In this document: piece by piece, positions 62,201 to 64,000 of the stretch
Layout: each line of letters begins with the position of its first letter
How positions within the stretch are numbered: the stretch's first letter is position 1
DNA from: Azolla caroliniana
Lineage: Eukaryota > Plantae > Polypodiophyta
Length of the DNA stretch: 64,000 nucleotides
Assembly: GCA_043228905.1 (NCBI GenBank)
Contig: JBHGNT010000002.1
Coordinates: 10,478,001-10,542,000, forward strand
Direction: 5' to 3'
The notes under the pieces: model-generated
Database searches by the model: none
The model's input: the letters and a program-made list of their open reading frames with translations, nothing else
What the model was told of the DNA's origin: nothing
Made by a program: the position numbers and the translations under genes

Positions 62201-63510
62201 TCTAATACCTGACATAGCTGACAGTACTGCACACAGGAAGGAACAAGATGAGTGAAAGAATTTTACAACTAAGTTTATCGAAAGAAATTGAGCAGGAATT
62301 TAGAAAGCAAAATGGCATTAGGTTCAGAAAATAGTGAGTAGAATGTCTCACCAGATATTGCCGGTGTGAGAACACCATCGCCAATAACCATACAGGTTCC
62401 TAACAGAACTACAAGAAGAAGCACGGTTCGTAGGTAAGTGTGCTTTTCAAGGAAAGACTTCAAAAGTTGTGCTCGTTTCCCTTGAGGGGGCGAATCCACC
62501 TTGTAGGTTGACAACTCTTCATCCACATCTTGCTGATTCGGCAAGTGGCTCAAATTTGAATGGCGGCACAAAAGAGAATATAGAGCAAATGTCCCCCCTG
62601 TATATATTCTCTATCTTTTCGCATTTCTTTGGAAGAGGTTCTCTTTATTTCTCTCCTTGTATATAATATATATATATATATAGATACATAACATACACAC
62701 ATATACAGTTCGATGGGCAGAAAAAGCATATTAAGATTCAATACCAATTCTTATTAGAGCTCCAGACAAACTTTCTACTGAAGTTTTGGGTGGTTGAACA
62801 TTTATTTTATGGCGGGTGATGAACCTAAATTTTGATGTCAAAACCACAAAACAATGACTATATCTATCAGATGTCATCAGACTCAAAACATTCAAAGAAG
62901 GGGGTCTATATATCTTTTGATATACACACATATACACACATTGATAAAGAGACACATCAGAAGTACATAAGCACAAGTACATACATACACATGAACTTAC
63001 ATACTGCCACACACATACATATGTATATAACCCACACATGCACATACATAGGCACATACACGGATAGACACAAGCAAGCATACATACATACATAACATCT
63101 AAATACGCATGCACATACAGACAACGAGCAACATGTCATTTAAAGTACCTTCACAATCATCATCAGCTTGAAGAACAATGAACATACATACATGGATAGA
63201 CACAAGCAAGGATAAATACATAACATCTAAAACACATGCACATACAGACAACGAGCAACATATCATTTAAAGTACCTTCACCATTGTCATCAGCTTGAAG
63301 AACAATGAATGCATATTTAACCACCAGCACGAGAGTGAAAGTCCAGAATATTAACGATAGCACCCCGAGAATCTCGGCATCATCCTCTGCGAGTTTAACA
63401 ATGCCTGCAAATGAGCTCTTGAAGACATAGAGAGGAGAAATGCTCACATCTCCATACACAATGCCAAGGCTCTGATAACAGAGGGTCAATACAGTTCTCC
63501 AGGAGGTTCC
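59291..63510 (-). CDS. KUP: KUP/HAK/KT potassium transporter; exons 63510-63276, 62597-62352, 62226-62176, 61817-61557, 61462-61410, 61092-60978, 60893-60639, 60381-59291; first coding exon not identified
   Basis: [89 protein letters not shown]; all introns GT-AG with consistent phases. Confidence 0.95.
63057..63309. repeat. ~127-bp tandem duplication spanning a KUP exon end and splice donor
   Basis: CATACAGACAACGAGCAACAT.TCATTTAAAGTACCTTCAC.AT..TCATCAGCTTGAAGAACAATGAA occurs twice. Confidence 0.9.
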
Positions 63511-64000
63511 CTACATTTCAAATTCAAATAGCACTTGTTAGAAGTTAAGTTTCTCTCCAATAAAAACATTATATAAACGGTATATCAAAATAACATGCAA
63601 ATACAAATAGTAGAGATTGAGCGAATACAAATACTAGAGAAATGAAAAAAACCACAAAAGCCATTCAATTTTCATATTAAAATATGAAATTCGATCCAAT
63701 TGTATAATTTACAAATGGACTTAAAATTTGTTAGGATTATACGTATGAGGTTTAATCGAATTGCATGCAAGTAAAACAACTGTGCATTATTTCGCAGTTT
63801 ATTATTCAAATATTATAACACCTTTTAATCATAAAAAATCATTTTAGAGAAAAGAAAATGTTCAAGATGAGGATGAAAACAATTCACAGAACACAAATAT
63901 AGTTATTATTACCTTCACCCTTCATATCAGCCACAAAATCATAATCATTGAAATTAACCACAAAATATGATCACATAGAAAATAGTTCCACCTTGTCCAT

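Noticed and set aside
63905-64000. First coding exon of KUP (ATG AAG GGT GAA G|GT at 63925-63913)
   Set aside because: Ends in phase 1 while the next exon starts in phase 0; start left unassigned.

Overview
Eukaryotic land-plant genomic DNA (GT-AG introns, LTR/LINE-rich; gene and TE types suggest a fern or other seed-free plant, which is inference). Three host genes lie on the minus strand: an MCA-family mechanosensitive Ca2+ channel (2638-5025, last PLAC8 exons not in the window), a wound-induced protein 1/SnoaL-like gene (6524-6985) and a KUP/HAK/KT K+ transporter (59291-63510). Between them is a 39-kb, six-level nested TE cluster whose junctions and target-site duplications (TSDs) can be read directly: Copia A (10239-49350) > Copia B (14412-48074) > Gypsy C (15989-42594) > TIR DNA transposon F (18340-38657) > full-length L1-like LINE G (19885-33428) > young Gypsy D (21322-28609), plus two related solo LTRs. 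Most notable: (i) F has unusual CCCG termini and an 8-bp TSD, has no recognisable transposase and carries a SMAP1/CSNAP-like ORF and intron-containing FPGS exons (Pack-type capture); (ii) all four TGTCG...CGACA Gypsy insertions sit in CpG-centred 4-bp ACGY sites, two stacked on one site; (iii) tRNA-like A/B-box modules occur inside three different LTR families; (iv) a decayed tandem array of tRNA-Gln-like units lies downstream of MCA exon 4. All coordinates and mismatch counts were read by eye; no database searches were run.
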